Of a stretch of DNA of 64,000 bases, positions 1-14,172 are shown one piece after another; positions within the stretch are counted from its first letter, which is position 1; the number at the start of each line of letters is the position of its first letter. Position numbers and translations under genes: made by a program. The notes beneath the pieces were generated by a model. That model was not told the DNA's origin and searched no databases. It saw only the letters and a list, made by a program, of their open reading frames with translations. This DNA comes from Mobula hypostoma (lineage: Eukaryota), in assembly GCF_963921235.1 (NCBI RefSeq), contig NC_086097.1, positions 113,462,001 through 113,526,000 on the forward strand, written 5' to 3'.

Positions 1-648
1 AACCTGCCATGTCAAATATCAATCTTGTGATCCATTACTGCACTTCCTGTATTACATATATATCTTTAGTAGGAGACTAGGCATGCACAATATATATTAG
101 CTGTGGTCTCACAAGGGCTCTGTGTAATTGGAGCAAGGTATGTCTATGCTCAATATAGAGCAGGTAATTTGGATAAGTAACCATATATGCATCTTAACTT
201 CCAGTGATTTGCATACAGATATGCTCAGATTATTCTTAACATTATCACCTTGCAATCTTCCACTATTCTGAGAAAAAAAACTGCTTATTCTACCAAAATG
301 GATGACTTCGTGTTTTTCCATATTAATTTTTTGCAAAGACTTTTTAATTGTAATTGTCGCGTAAAATTGTTCAAATAATTACGGCAGAATGCCTGACCAG
401 ATTTACCATCTTTCAGGTGGAATGTGTAGCCTCATATTTGGATGATTGGTTTGGATATTACAGATATAATGGCATTACGTAAGGAAAGGCAAGGAGTTTG
501 TCTCTAACACTTTCCGGTATTTTCAACCAAAATCAGATGAATTGGTATTTTGATTATAACTGTATGTTTGAAACCTTTACTTTCAAAACAGTAATTGTTG
601 AGTTTAGTAGCATAATTCAGAAATTCAAAATTTTTGGTTATCTTTCAG

Positions 649-778
649 GAATGAAGGCATTCACGGATTTTACAAAGGAATCGTTCCAAATGTGGTCAAA
701 GTGACACCTGCATGCTGCATTACATTTGTAGTGTATGAAAACGTTTCACAGTTTTTATTTGGTTTGCGACAATCGTGA
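649..778 (+). CDS. SLC25A32: Last coding exon of mitochondrial folate/FAD carrier (upstream exons outside the window)
   Basis: Acceptor tctttcag ends at 648. Frame (R)[42 protein letters not shown], with TGA at 776-778, matches the vertebrate SLC25A32 C-terminus ([24 protein letters not shown]). Adjacent to CTHRC1, as in human. Confidence 0.93.
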
Positions 779-1148
779 ACCATAGTTTATTGTCAGAATT
801 TGAAACAAAGTTTTATTATTTACTAAAGTCAGCAGGCACAAGGAAAACATAAGGTGCTTTCTAATTACTACTTGCAGCATTCCTGGTTGCAACAGTGATG
901 TTTCAGCACCACGATTAAAATAATATTTATTTAACTGAATGAATCTGTAAAGCTTGCAGATAAATTATAAGTGCAATTCTAATTTTTTAAAGATTATATG
1001 TTAACTCAAGGATAAGATGTGTAATATTTCATAATTGTCCTTGTATCAATGTGTTGACACTATAATCAACAAGAAATCATTATCAAATATTAAGCAGTGT
1101 CAAGCTGAATTGCTTTTAAAAATGATTTGTATTCCTGCAATCTTTTGT

Positions 1149-1154
1149 AATAAA
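1149..1154 (+). promoter_or_regulatory. Candidate polyadenylation signal of SLC25A32 (alternative AATAAA at 1344-1349)
   Basis: AATAAA in an AT-rich 3' UTR followed by GT-rich sequence; no transcript evidence. Confidence 0.4.
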
Positions 1155-1579
1155 TTACATTTGGTTATGGGTTGTTACTTCGGATATAAGAGTTTTATTC
1201 TAATGTAATTTAATAAGTAGAGTTACTTATGACTTAACAGGAAATATTGAGCTTTAGGAACATTTATAAGGTAACATGTAAATTTACTTTCATGATGTCA
1301 CTAAATCTACTTAGTGCTTTGAAGCTTGTAGGTAGGAGAACAGAATAAAGACCTTATTTTTTTAAGACCTGTCCAATTATGTCTTGCCAACAAATTTGAT
1401 CAAAGAGTTTCAATAATGTGTTGAACTGATGGCTTCCATTAATCCATTATGAGTGCAGCTCTGTTTCCTGCAATATGATATGTACAGTTACATTTAAGCT
1501 TCGTTGTTAGTCTCAGCTGATTGCCATCGAGTGAGTTAAGTATCATTTCTGGAGCTGGATTTTCTTCAATAACACAACC

Positions 1580-2215
1580 TTTTTTGCATCATAACATTTT
1601 GAGACCTGGGGGAGAGATTCAGCTGGAATAAGTCTGAACTGTTATTTCGCTGGGATATAAAAGCAAGAGTATATTGCTGGGGCTTTATAAGGTGTTGGTC
1701 AGACCACGTCTGGAGTATTATGAGTAGTTTTGGGCTGCATATCTGAGGAAGGATGAACTGGCATTGGAAAGGATCCAAAGTAGATTCACAATAATGATCC
1801 TGGTGATGAAAGGGTTAATTATATGTTGAGCTGTGGATGCCACTGGGCCTGTACTCGCCAGAGTTCAGAAAGATGAAAGAGGATCTCATTGGAACCTATT
1901 GAATATTGAAAGCCTAGATAGAGTGGGCATGGACAGGATGTTTCTGGCAATGGTGTCTAGGAGCAGAGCACAGAGCATTAGAATAAAAGGGTGTCCACTC
2001 AACAGGTAAGGAGGATTTGCTTTAGCCAGAGGGTGGCGAGTCTGCAGAATTATTGTCACAGACTGTGGAAGCCAAGTCATTAGGTATATTTAAAGCAGAC
2101 ACTGATAAGTTCTTGATTAGTATGATGGTAAAGGTTACCGGGAAAAAGCAGAAGAATGGGGTTGAAAACAAAATCTGCCATGATCAAATGGCCTAATTTT
2201 GCACCTGTGTCTTAG
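1580..2215 (+). mobile_element. Degenerate CR1 LINE 3' fragment
   Basis: Decayed LYK.LVRP.LEY / LERIQ.RFT coding remnants and CR1 3' UTR, homologous to the younger CR1 copies in the window. Confidence 0.8.
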
Positions 2216-2233
2216 ATACTTGTTATTACACTT

Positions 2234-2509
2234 AAGTGTTAGCGCGTGGCCAAGTGGTTAAAGCATTCGTCTAGAGATTTGAAGGTCGCTAGTTCGAGCC
2301 TTGGCTGAGGCAGTGTGTATGTCCTTGAGCAAGGCACTTAATCACACATTGCCCTGTGATAACACAGGTGCCAAGCTGTATGGGTCCTAATGCCCTTCCC
2401 TTGGACAACATCGGTGGCGTGGAGAGGGGAGACTTGCAGCTGGTCTTCCATACAACCTTCCAAGGCGCAAATCCATGGTCTCATGACTAATGGATGCCTA
2501 TAATCATAA
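2234..2509 (+). mobile_element. tRNA-derived SINE with 9-bp TSD
   Basis: Box A TGGCCAAGTGG, box B AGTTCGAGCC, central GTCCTTGAGCAAGGCACTTAA motif; flanked by ATTACACTT at 2225-2233 and 2510-2518. Confidence 0.8.
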
Positions 2510-2943
2510 ATTACACTTCCTGCATTGTCATTAATATCTTGGATAACTGAGATTAGTTGCAACAACCTGATTTTAACAAGGGACTTATTTAGAGATATTG
2601 AAGTCTTATTTCTTCATAATTGTCTACAAATGCTCAGATATATGCAAATCATGTCAGTTTTGCAATTTTCTAACAAAGCACAATACTTTAAAAAAAAAAC
2701 TGATAGTATAAATTTGTTCAAGTTGCTCCAAATAGTAAAGTAGATAGATGATTATTTTGAATTGGACAATACAATTTAGCCCTTCATATATTTGCATGAA
2801 AATCAGGAGAGTGATGTAATGGATAACTGGTTCCATATTTCTAACATGCCAAGACAAGAAATAGATCTATACAATCCAAATTTCACTATCTAAGTTCCTT
2901 AGAAATTCAGATACATGAGTGCAATGGTCTTAATTTTGATACT

Positions 2944-2949
2944 TTTATT
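2944..2949 (-). promoter_or_regulatory. Candidate polyadenylation signal of CTHRC1
   Basis: AATAAA on the - strand about 90 nt after the CTHRC1 stop codon. Confidence 0.35.
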
Positions 2950-3035
2950 GGACAACTTAAAGTTGACAATTTTTCATAATATGGTTTCTACAAAAGCAAG
3001 CTGGTTCTGATAGCTTTGCTTATGCAGAATGAAAA

Positions 3036-3212
<177 letters not shown>

Positions 3213-3289
3213 TTATTAGAAAGCTGCAAGCAACACAGATAACTTATTTTTAAGTAAAGATAAGGGTCAGCTTCATTCACATGTTCATC

Positions 3290-3515
3290 AAACCAGCAAA
3301 GACTGTGCTGGGTAGCCTGAAAGTGCCAACATAGCATGCCCACAACTCACTAACCCTAACCGCACGTCTTTGAAATGTGCAAGGAAACGGGAGCACCCAG
3401 AGGAAACCCATGTAGTCCCATAGAAACTCCTTACAGGCAGTGGTGGAAATCATACCCTGACTTTAACAGCTAGTGCTAAAGCAACACATTAACTACTGTG
3501 CTCCTATGCCATGCC
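3290..3515 (-). mobile_element. HE1-like V-SINE (degenerate)
   Basis: V-domain reverse complement (ggaaacgggagcacccagaggaaaccca...aaactccttac). Confidence 0.7.
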
Positions 3516-4929
3516 AAGTAGCACTCTGCCCAATTCTTTTGTAAAGAAAGCCATTATATTACAAGACATCTAAGTTTTCCAAGTAGATTTTGATGTGATT
3601 TGTTTCCTCTTTGTCTCCGCAACTCACAAGTGACATTTTGACTGAAAGAAAAGATTAAAAACTTGACTGTTTGATGTGAAAATAATGGATGGTGAATCAG
3701 ACAAAGGAAAACACCTGGAGTCAGGAAACTTGCACCAGTATGACAAAAGATATATTAGTAGAAATGAGCACTGCAACTAAAGCCTGACTTTTAACTTCCA
3801 CATTAGACATTTTCTTTTAATATCAATAGGTATTCTAATAAGCAGCATCTGGAAATTCAGGAGTTAGAAAGCTAGTCCAAGATATTGAAAAGAGAATAAT
3901 GTAAAATTTGTGGAATTGATTTGTCAGCTGGAGCCACCAGACATTTATTGAGAGGAAATGTACTGTAGGGAAGAAAATGGTTATCAGTATAGGGTGACAG
4001 TAGCCATAAGTCAAAGTAGAGGGATAATCAGGAAGATGAGTGGTTGTCCAAATTAAATGGTTCCATTTACAAACGTACTATCAGAAAATGTTTGGAATAT
4101 ACAGCGTGAAATTCTTACTCTTTGCAGACATCCATGAAACAGATAAAAACACCAAAGAATGACAGAAAAACATAAGAACCCCAAACCCACCCCTACCCCC
4201 TCCCATGCACAGGCAGCAGCAAAGCATCAACTCTCCCCTTCATGCCACTTGTTCTAGCAGGAAGCACCAGTGCTAACCACCCACCAAGCAAGCAATAGGA
4301 AGCCCCCAAAGACCCCATGATCTGCAGTCCAACAAAAAACACAGACAAAACCCAAGCACTTCAACATGCTACAGTGTGTCTTCCCCCTCCTCCCCACTTC
4401 CCCTTCCCCCCTTTCTTCTCCCCATCCCCCATTCCCCCCTTCTTCCACCCTCCCTCTCACCACCCCACCCCCACTTTCCACAGCAAGAGGGGGACTAACA
4501 GATCGCTGTTTCGGTGTTACAATCTGGAGTGGCACTTACTTGAGCTCACCCGACATAAGATCTAGTAGACCCCCTCATCCCCTACCCAAGATTAAGAGTC
4601 CAAAGTAAATTTATTATCAAAGTACATCTATGTCATCATATACAACCTTGAGATTAATTTTCTTGCGAGCATTGTCAGTGAATCCAATAACCATGATAGA
4701 ATCACCCAACAGGGTGGACAGCCTATGTGCAAAAGTCAGTAGTGTCCCCCTTTTAACATGGAACCAGAAGCAGCAATCCTCATTAGTCAGGTAAATATAA
4801 AATTGTTGCTTAATTTGTAGAATAGTAATGTGTAATGGTTCCTTTGGAGAACCGCTGTGCATTGATGAAAACTACAGCAAGCAAAGTTAAGTTCCACCTG
4901 ATTTTAATATTCTGATGGAATGTTGGCAT

Positions 4930-5345
4930 GAAACTTTGACCTTTTAACATCGTAAACCAGCGACTTGTTTGTTATGTCTCCCCGCTCGCTGTGAAAAATG
5001 GAGACATCCCTTTCTCCCTTATTAGGGAGAGAGAGAGCCTGGGGTATGTCGAATCCCGGGTGAACAATGTAGTCTTTGGGGTAACTGCAAGTCTGTGTCT
5101 TTACTCTTGCTTTGCTCATGCCTGAGTGCTCGATGGCAGGTGCCAATACTTTTTTTGCTGGTGGGGGGAGGGGGGGTTTGTTGCTTGCAGCTTACGCGAG
5201 GGAGGGAGCCGAGCTGGGGGGGACTTTGGAGTTCTAACATTTAACTGTCATTCATTCATTCTCTGTTTTCGTGGATGGTTGTGAAGAAAAAGCTTTTCAG
5301 GTTGTATATTGTATACATTTCTCTGACATTAAATGTACCTTTGAA
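4930..5345 (+). mobile_element. 5'-truncated copy of the non-autonomous retroposon seen longer at 51086-51905
   Basis: Clear similarity to 51480-51900, including the tail ctctgacattaaatgtacctttgaaa. Confidence 0.75.
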
Positions 5346-5725
5346 ATCTATTTCTCTACAGTGTTTGAACTGACCATTTCCAGCATTTTGTTTTTATTTC
5401 AGATTTACAGCCTCTGTAGTATTTTTCTTTAATTTTAAGATGCAACCTAAAATACTATTGCTTGCTTTTGGGTAGCTGTTCTTATCATTTTGGCAATGAG
5501 TGCCCTTTGTTGCCCATTTTCACCTGAATAGTTAATATTTAGTGATGCAGTTTCAGCCTCGTGAGTTCTTTCCTTCTTCCTTGCTTCAGAACTTAGTAAT
5601 GAACCCTGCTGAGATCAGCAAAATTGAAGGATTTCACCTTATAATGATTAATATGGGAGAAGTTTGCAGAGTATTGTTTTTGTTAAAATAATGAGCATTA
5701 GCTAATAGACTTTGAGCATATTTCA

Positions 5726-5974
<249 letters not shown>

Positions 5975-7529
5975 TCAACAAAGTGCTAAAGCATTATATG
6001 TGAGCTTTGATTTTATAAATCGCTTACTATTTAATGTTGGTGTACAAATAAATTTAAGGTAAAAAATCATCCATTGTCTTTAAGAGGTCCTGTCTGAACA
6101 GTGGTATTTCCTTTAATTAACTGCATTGAATGTAGTTTTACATATTTCATACTTGTAATCAAATATGCTTTTTTCATAAATAGGTCTGACTTATCAGTAA
6201 TATCACCATACTTATTAGATGCAGAAATAGGTTTCTCATCCCCATAGTTGCATGTACTAATATAAATTTATTTTGCAAAATACAATGTTTGCCGCCTTCT
6301 GTATGCCAGTGTCTTCAATGAATAATTATACTAAAATCCCAAGAATTAAAACACCACCCTGGAATGCAGATCTTAAAATAAATCGTTACTAAAATTGCTA
6401 TCTTTTATTTAACCGCCTCTGCTGAATTAAATGCCTAAATGAAAGACTTTGGAAAATAATTTGATGTGGAATAGCAATTTAATGGGTTAAAATGAGCTAA
6501 TTTAGTCTGTTGCACCAGAATTTTAAAGCATACAGCACATATAATGAACTGGATTATCAACATCAAAAATATGATAATGTTTAACCTCCACAACATCAAC
6601 ATTCTCAGAACCACCACTGCCCATAAATGCAGCCAGGCCAACTACACAAACACTGTGGTTACAAAAGTTGGTCAGAGGATGGAAATCCTGTGGAAGGTGA
6701 CTCGCCTTCTGAATTCTTGGCCTTTTCACCATCACCAAGGCTGAAATCACGTGTATAATGAAATACCCTCCACTTACTTTAATAAGTGTAGATTGAATAA
6801 ACTTAATAAGCTCCATATCTCTCATAACAAATCAGCCTGTTTGAATCGTATTCCATAGCAGCTCGCTGTCTTCCCCGCCAAGCATGCAGTGTACCAACAA
6901 AATTCACTGTAGTTGCTCAACTACTGTATGGCACCTCCCAAACCTCTGCCCACAACCACAAAGTAGTGCAAGAACAACAGGTGCATGGAACACTACCATC
7001 TCGGTGTTTTTCCCATCACATACCTTGCTAACATTGAAATTAATTGCTGTTCCTTCAGTACATAGACATAATGGTAATATGTTTATAATAATTGTATAGG
7101 TATGTTAAATTGTATGATTAACCAGCAGAAAGAAGTGATTGCTGCTGATCACGGCAACAACCCCTTTCCTACCCTATCTGATATGTTGTTTCAGTCTTAT
7201 TAATTTATTCTAGAAATCTAGGAGTTCATTTTCATCTTCACAACCTGGGAGATAATCTGAGAATGAGTTACTGGCCCATTGTAGAATCTGCCCATTTTCT
7301 TCACATAATGAAACATTAATCGACGTTAGGCAGGTTTCATAGTTTATGTCAATTTATTCTGTGAAGTGGAGGAGTTAGAGATGGAATTGGATGCACATCA
7401 GCCCTGGCAGGGTATGTAGGCCATTACTTCCTACAAGGCAAAATGTAACTTAGCTGTGATGCTTCGCTCCCAAATGAACTCAACACCTTTTACGCACACT
7501 TTGAAAGGAAGTATAAAACTACACTTATG

Positions 7530-10450
7530 CAGATCCCTGCAGCGTCTGGTGACCTTGTAATTTCTGTCTTGGAGGCCAAGACAGAGATCTTTCATGGGGT
7601 GAACACTTGGCAAGGCATCAGGCCCTGATAGTCCACCTGGTAGGGCACTGAAAATGTGGTAGTGTTCAAGGACATCTTCAATCTCTCACTGCTGAAGCTG
7701 GAGGCTCTCCCATGCATCAAAAAGGAGACAATCATTCCAGTGCTCAAGAAGAGCAGAGTGAGCTGCCTCAATGACTATTGCCCAGTTGGACTCACATCAA
7801 CTGTGATGAAGTAGTTTGAGAGGTTGGTCACAGAGTCATAGAAGATTGCAGCACAGGAACAGACAGCCCTCCATACCCCTCCAATCAATGTACCTATCCA
7901 AATTTCTCTTAAGTGTTGAAATTGAACCTGCAACATCTACTTGTGCTGGCAGCTCATTCCACGTTCTTCCCAACTTCTGAGTTAAGAAATTCCCCCTCAC
8001 GTCCCCTTCAAGCATTTCACCTTTCACCCCTAACCCATGACCTCCAGTTGTAGTCTCACCCAACCTCAGTGGAAGAAGCCTGTTTGCCTTTACCCTATCT
8101 GTAGCCCTCATAATTTTGTATACTTCTATCAAATCTATCACACAAGGCCATGTTGACTAACCGTAATCAGTCCCTGTCTATCCAAATACTAATGTATCCG
8201 GTTCCGTAGAATACTTTCCAATAACTTTCCCACTCCTGATGTCAGGCTCAACAGTCTATAATTTCCTGGCTTATTCTTAGAGCCTTTCTTAAACAACAGA
8301 ACAACATTCGCTATCCTCCAATCCTCCAGCACCTCCCTGATGGCTAAGGATGTTTTAAATATCTCCACTAGATAAATATCTCTGCCGTGCCCTTCAATTT
8401 TGGCACTCGTCTCCCACAGGGACCAAGGGAATACATTGTCAGGCCCTGGGGATTTATCCACCCTAATCTGTCTCAAGACAGCAAACAACTCCTCCTCTGT
8501 AATCTGTAAAGGGTCCATGAACTTGCTGCTGAATTGCCTCACATCTATAGATTCTGTGTCCATCTCCCGAGTAAATACAGATGCAAAATAAATCTATTTA
8601 AGATCTGCCCCAACTCTTTCGGCTCCATGCATAGATTACCACTCTGATCTTCCAGAGCACAAATTTTGTCCCTTGCTGTCCTTTTGCTCTTAATATATCT
8701 ATAGAAGCCTTCAGGATTTTGCTTCACCTTGTCTGCTAGAGCAACCTCATGCCTTCCTTTAGGCCTCCTGATTTCCTTCTAAAGTCTTCTCTTGCATTTC
8801 TTATAGTCCTCAAGTACCTCATTTGGTCCGTCCTGCCTATACTTGCTATGCACTTCCTTCTTCTTATTAACCAGGGCGTCAATATCTCTCCGAAACCAAG
8901 GTTCCCTAAACCTGTTATCCTTGCCTTTTATTCTGGCAGGAAAAAATTGACCTATGGCCTTCACCTCCCCTTGTCAGAGCCTCAGCTTCCCACTCTGACA
9001 CTGGCCCACTCCCACAATGGCCTCTCTGCTTAAACCTAACTTCTTTGATCTTTGCCAAATGCCTAATTATACACAATCCAATGTCTCCTCGAGAACTGTG
9101 GCGTGCAAAATATGATCATTGCACCCCACTCGTTTCTTTTAAACTCTCTCTCCCTCTATGCAATCTGGTGCCTCCTTGGGACTGCTGCACAAAATGTGAT
9201 AGCCAGAATCAACTCCTGCCTAAGAAAGGACCTCAACCTGCTGCAATTGGCTTATCGCCACAAGAGGTCGTTGTTAAGGGGAATGGCTACAGAGTTACTC
9301 TGTGGTACACAGAGGTACACAGTAGATGCAATTTCTCTGGCTCTCCACTTGACCTTGAAGCACCTGGACAGTAGCAATACCTATATCAGGCTGCTGTTTA
9401 TTAATTACAACACAGTGTTAACACCATCATACCCTCAGTACTAATCAAAACTGGGGACTCTGTTCCTCCCTTTGGAATTGGATCCTTTACTTCCTCACCG
9501 TGTGACTACATTCAGTGCAGATTGGAAATAGCATCTCCTCCTTGCTGAGGATTAACACAGGCACACCTCAATGATGTGTGTTTAGCCCACTGCTCTACCC
9601 TCTACGTCCACAGCTGTGTGGCTAGACACAGTTCAGATACCATCTATAAATTTGCCCAAAACAGAACTATTGTTGCAGGATTTCAGATGGTGATGAGGAG
9701 GCATACAGGAGTGAAATAGATCAGCAGGTTGAGTGTTGTTGCAAGGACAAGGAATTGATTTGGATTTCAGGAAGGGGAAGTCCAGGGAACACTAGTCCTC
9801 ACTGAGGGATCAGCAGTGGAAAGTATGAGCAGTTTCATGTTTCTGGGTATCAACACCTCTGAAGTTCTATCCTGGGCCCAGCATATTGATGCAATTACAA
9901 AGAAGGCACAACAGCGGCTAAATTTTATTAGGAGTTTGAGGAGATTTGGTATGACACCAGAGGCTTTAGCAAGTTTCTACGGATGTACCATGAAGAGCAT
10001 TCTCACTGGTATCACCGTCTGGTACCGAAGGACCACTGCAGAGGATTGGAGAAAGCCGCTGAAAATTGCAAACTCAGCCATCGTCAATAGGAACATTTAC
10101 AACAGATGATGCCTCAAAAAGGCATCACCCAGGACATGCCCTCTTCTCATTGATGCCATCAAGGAGGAGGTACCGGAGCATGAAGACACTCACTCAATGT
10201 TTTAGGATCAGCTTCTTCCCCTTCACCATCAGATTTCTGAATGGACAATGAACACATACACACTATCTTATTATTTTTGCTCACTTTTTTGCACTACTTA
10301 TGTAATGTAATTTTATATATACAGAATATATATATTTTTTATTTCTTATTGTAACTTAATAGTTTTTTATTATGCATTGCATTGTACTGGTGCTGCAAGA
10401 CAACATATTTTACAATATATGCCAGTGACATTAACCCTGATTCTGATTAT
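7530..10450 (+). mobile_element. Rex1/Babar-type LINE remnant split by a CR1 insertion (host pieces about 7530-7830 and 9200-10450)
   Basis: Decayed RT motifs SCLNDY.PV.LTSTVMK.FERLV continue after the insert as ARINSCLRKDL..LQLAYRH, YIRLLFI; (GATTCT)n-like tail near 10440. Confidence 0.75.
7832..8945 (-). mobile_element. CR1 LINE fragment (internally deleted)
   Basis: ORF-track peptides VDKSPGPD, KKGSKNKPGNYRLLSLTSGVGKLLE, DLIEVYKIM. Confidence 0.85.
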
Positions 10451-11519
10451 AATGATGGAGAAATGCTTGAGGGCAATGCCGCGTATTATCATTTGTTCCA
10501 ATTGCAACATCCAAGTTGAACACAACACACCTACAAAGGTTGTCTGAAATTGCATCAAGAGGAAGAAAAGTGCTATCCAAATGTAAATCTGCCTTTCCCC
10601 GAATTTTTACAATGAAATGATTTATCTGAACAGACCTAGTAATTATCTATTACACAGAAACAGCCTATACAGAGTAATAGTTAATACTGCACAGTTTTAA
10701 CCCAATCCAATCAACAAATTATTCCACTTGTTTCTCTGGTTTACTACTGAATCCTTTCTCAGTAGGCCCTCAGGAGAGGACTGATTATTTCACAGAGTGG
10801 AAGATGCTTGTACAAACCTTTGGTAGCCATTCAACGCCAGCAAAGTGTTCAGTCAAAATCAACTGGAGGTCAGGCTCTGTTAAGACGTCTAACTTGAACG
10901 TATGCACGCAGCACGCATGCGCACACACATCTATTGTTCTCCTGAGATATCCCTGATTCAGGTCTCTTCCTTTCTCTTACCCCTCTTCATTATCTCCGTT
11001 TCTTCCCCTCCTGCTTTTCCTTTATTTACTCTTCCAACCATGCCATTCTTCCTCTCTTCCTCTGTGCTCTTTCTTCCCCTCCTCTCTCACCCGACTGTCT
11101 CCTCACCAAGTTCTCCCATTTTCTCCCTCTCCCCATTTAATTCATTTATGATCATTTCTTCAATTGTTCCTTGCGAAAGTCGTATTTACATTGGTGGATC
11201 AGAGCACTAATAATCTCTTAAATATCCTGCACTAAGATTGACATGGAAGAAAAAGTTAAACAGTTGGGTAGTTGTTTCTACTGACCAAACTCAGGTGTAC
11301 TAATTCGTTTGGACACCAATGTTTGAATGTCAGTATGATTACAGAATGAATAGATTAAATCTCAGAGATGCAATTTTACCAAGTTAAACTGATGCAAATT
11401 TTACTGACTAACATTGCATGTTTGCCTTGAATACTTTAAAAGGACAAGGGAATTAATTGAACCCAAATGGTTAGGTGAGAAATAGACTGGGGATGCTATT
11501 GCAGGAGGAGATTTTAAGA

Positions 11520-11599
11520 CATGTGTTTCCAACCTGGGGTCCACAGACTCCTTGGTTAATGTTAGGGGTCCATGGCATAAAAAAGTTTGTGAACCCATG
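11520..11599. mobile_element. 80-bp hAT (Charlie-like) MITE
   Basis: Imperfect TIRs CATGTGTTTCCAACCT / AAGTTTGTGAACCCATG and an 8-bp TSD TTTTAAGA/TTTTAAGG (11512-11519, 11600-11607). Confidence 0.7.
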
Positions 11600-12699
11600 T
11601 TTTAAGGAGACCTGGATGGAAGTGAAAAAGGTAACAAGATAGACGGTCAAGGACTGACTTGATAGGCCAAAATAGAGGGAGTTAGAAATTGATCTTGACA
11701 GGAATGAAAGTGAGAAAAATCTGGGAGAGGTCCCCACAGATTGGATCCACAGGAGCACTAGATCATATAGTAGCTTAGTCTGGGTCAAATTACATTCATC
11801 AATAATACAACTGCATTCATCAAATTGCATTCACCTCAGCATATTTGGCATTTTCCTTATCAGAAGCACATTTTCACATACCCATAACAGCAGCACTTCA
11901 TAAGGCTGAACAGTGGGAAAGGAAATAGATCCCGAGAGATAAATGCTACCATCTGCCTCCCCAACTCTTAACAGTTGTTTATAGAGCCACCAAAAAACAT
12001 CAGGGAAAACACCACATATCTTCATTAGATTCATGTGCTTGTGTGTTATACATTGCCAACAGAATAAAAGTATGCTGTGGAAATATGTAATCCTGAAGAC
12101 TCTATGAATTTATAACTTTTGTAAAATGTAATGTGACAAAATGGAACCTGTGTGATACTAGAGTGCTTTGCTGGTTTGGATGGGAAGTTTGCAAGGGTAT
12201 ATGTCTTGGAGCAGAAAGTGTTTTGGCATTGCATGATTCAAAGCAAAAAAAACAGGACTCTACTGTTGGGGGAGGAGCCTCAAAGACAAATGGTCCCATT
12301 AAAGACAAATGCGGCTTATTCAAGATGGATGCGAGATAAAATGGGAATGGAAATAACGAATGGATCAACCTCAGAGACATGAAGTTGATGAATTACTGGA
12401 CTCTGTAAACTTATAAAAATGATCTGTTTTAAGCACCGACAATTTAATGTATGGAGGTAGTCCTCCCTTGCAAGTAACAGACATGCTTATAATTTGATCC
12501 ACTGTGAGTTTGTTGTAGTTTGTTACTGTCCATTTAGAAAACCTAGCTGAATGGTACATGACCATGCAAATCCAGAGCCGGGGAAGAAAGAAGACAAGAT
12601 GGAAGAGCTGTCATGGCAGAACACCAGTATCCCATTTTGCACAGGGGAGGGGAACTTTGACTGAGTTGATGGTAAAGGACTCCCGGATGTTTCTGACTC

Positions 12700-12927
12700 A
12701 GATTCATTTATTTATAACATGTGCATCAAAACATGCAGTGAATTGCGTTGTTTGCCTAATGGTGTGCTGAGGACAGCCACAAGTGTTGCTACATATTCCA
12801 GTTCCAACATAGCATGTCCAGAATGCAGAATATAACAAAACAGAACACAACAAACAAGAAAGCTGCAACAGCAAAAACAAGCCCTGTTCCTCCCTCCCAC
12901 CCAAGCGCGCGCGTGCGCGCGCACGCG

Positions 12928-12991
<64 letters not shown>

Positions 12992-14020
12992 CACACTCTC
13001 CTCCAACCCTTGGACAGTCTGTTTCCAGCTTCCAGCCTCCAGCCTCCATTGGGCTTGTGGGTTTGTGGACTTGGGGTTCTGGGAATTGGACCTCAACTCT
13101 GGACTTCCAATCGACCTTTGGGCTTTGATCTTCTGTAGCAACCCTAGATCCCAGATCTCACCGATGATGACGAATGCAGACCCTGGATCAGGACCCCAAT
13201 TTTCAGGTCTTGATGTCTGGACTTGTCAATGATTGAGGCCATGAACACTAGGCCTCGAGCTCTGGTCTTGCCAATTCACATGCCTGGGGTCGTGGGGCGG
13301 ACGGGGTGGAGAGTCATGCCTCTTGTCCGATCCCTGAACCCAACACAGATGCCTTGCATCCTGTTTATTCCTAATTTAAACAAAGTGGCTATCTTTGTTT
13401 TTCAGCAGTATCAGCTGAGGTGGACCATAATCCCTCATAATCTGCTCTCCAGGGCCACCTACAATATGTGTAACACTGCAGGAAATAATTCTTTGAGATG
13501 TAAATCTTGGGGTGGGACATAGCTTAAGTAACAGAGACCTCTACACAAAATATGCCTTCCTAGTGTCAGCTCATCCCTATAGAAGTAGCCACTTTGGGGT
13601 GGCTACCCTGCATTGTAGATGCAGGAGTTGAAAGTGACGCACACTGTAAGATAATGATCAGATTGTCATTCAGTGGGTAAAAAGATACACTGAGTAATTA
13701 TGGCCAAAGCCCTGGAGTCCGAAACCCATTAGAGATGGCAGAGGCCCGTTGTTCGTGAGTCCCCTGGAGGCCTGTCCTGGGGCTGGAGGGCCGTCTGTGT
13801 ATGGAAGAAAGGAAGGGAGATGGTCTTGCTGTAGTTTTGTTCCTTGTTGTGTTCTATGTTGTCCTGCTGAGTATTGTGAGCATGCTTTGTTGGTGCTGGA
13901 ATGTGTGGCAAAACTTGTGGGCTGCTTTCGTAACATCCTTAGGTTGCGCTAGCTATTAACTCAAATGACACATTTCACTGTATGGTTCGATGTACATGTG
14001 ATAAATAAATGACTCTGAAT
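12700..14020. repeat. Two copies of one unclassified repeat family back to back (about 12700-13140 on -, about 13690-14020 on +)
   Basis: Shared segment tgttctgctgagcat...ggaatgtgtggcaacacttgtgg...catttcactg...gatgtacatgtgataaataaa in opposite orientations. Confidence 0.6.
12905..12987. repeat. (CG)n/(CA)n compound microsatellite
   Basis: Uninterrupted purine-pyrimidine alternation gcgcgcgcgtgcgcgcgcacgcgcacgc(ac)n. Confidence 0.95.
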
Positions 14021-14172
14021 ATTCCCTCACGGGGGACCAGTTGATGATCATAGGAAATCATTACAATGACACTTTCCTGAGCATTTCTCACTTGTACTCA
14101 CATAATCCTGTCCCTTGCGATGACAGGGAACGGGAGTCCAGAGTGTTGCTTGATAACAGGAATTGGAACTGA

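Noticed and set aside
2241..2310. Possible tRNA gene
   Set aside because: It continues into a SINE body with a TSD; no proper acceptor stem or T-run terminator.
10940..11140. Polypyrimidine tract and 102-aa hydrophobic ORF
   Set aside because: Low-complexity sequence; no coding signal or mirror symmetry that I could establish.
12704..13141. ORFs with VC/HT repeats
   Set aside because: Translations of the microsatellite.
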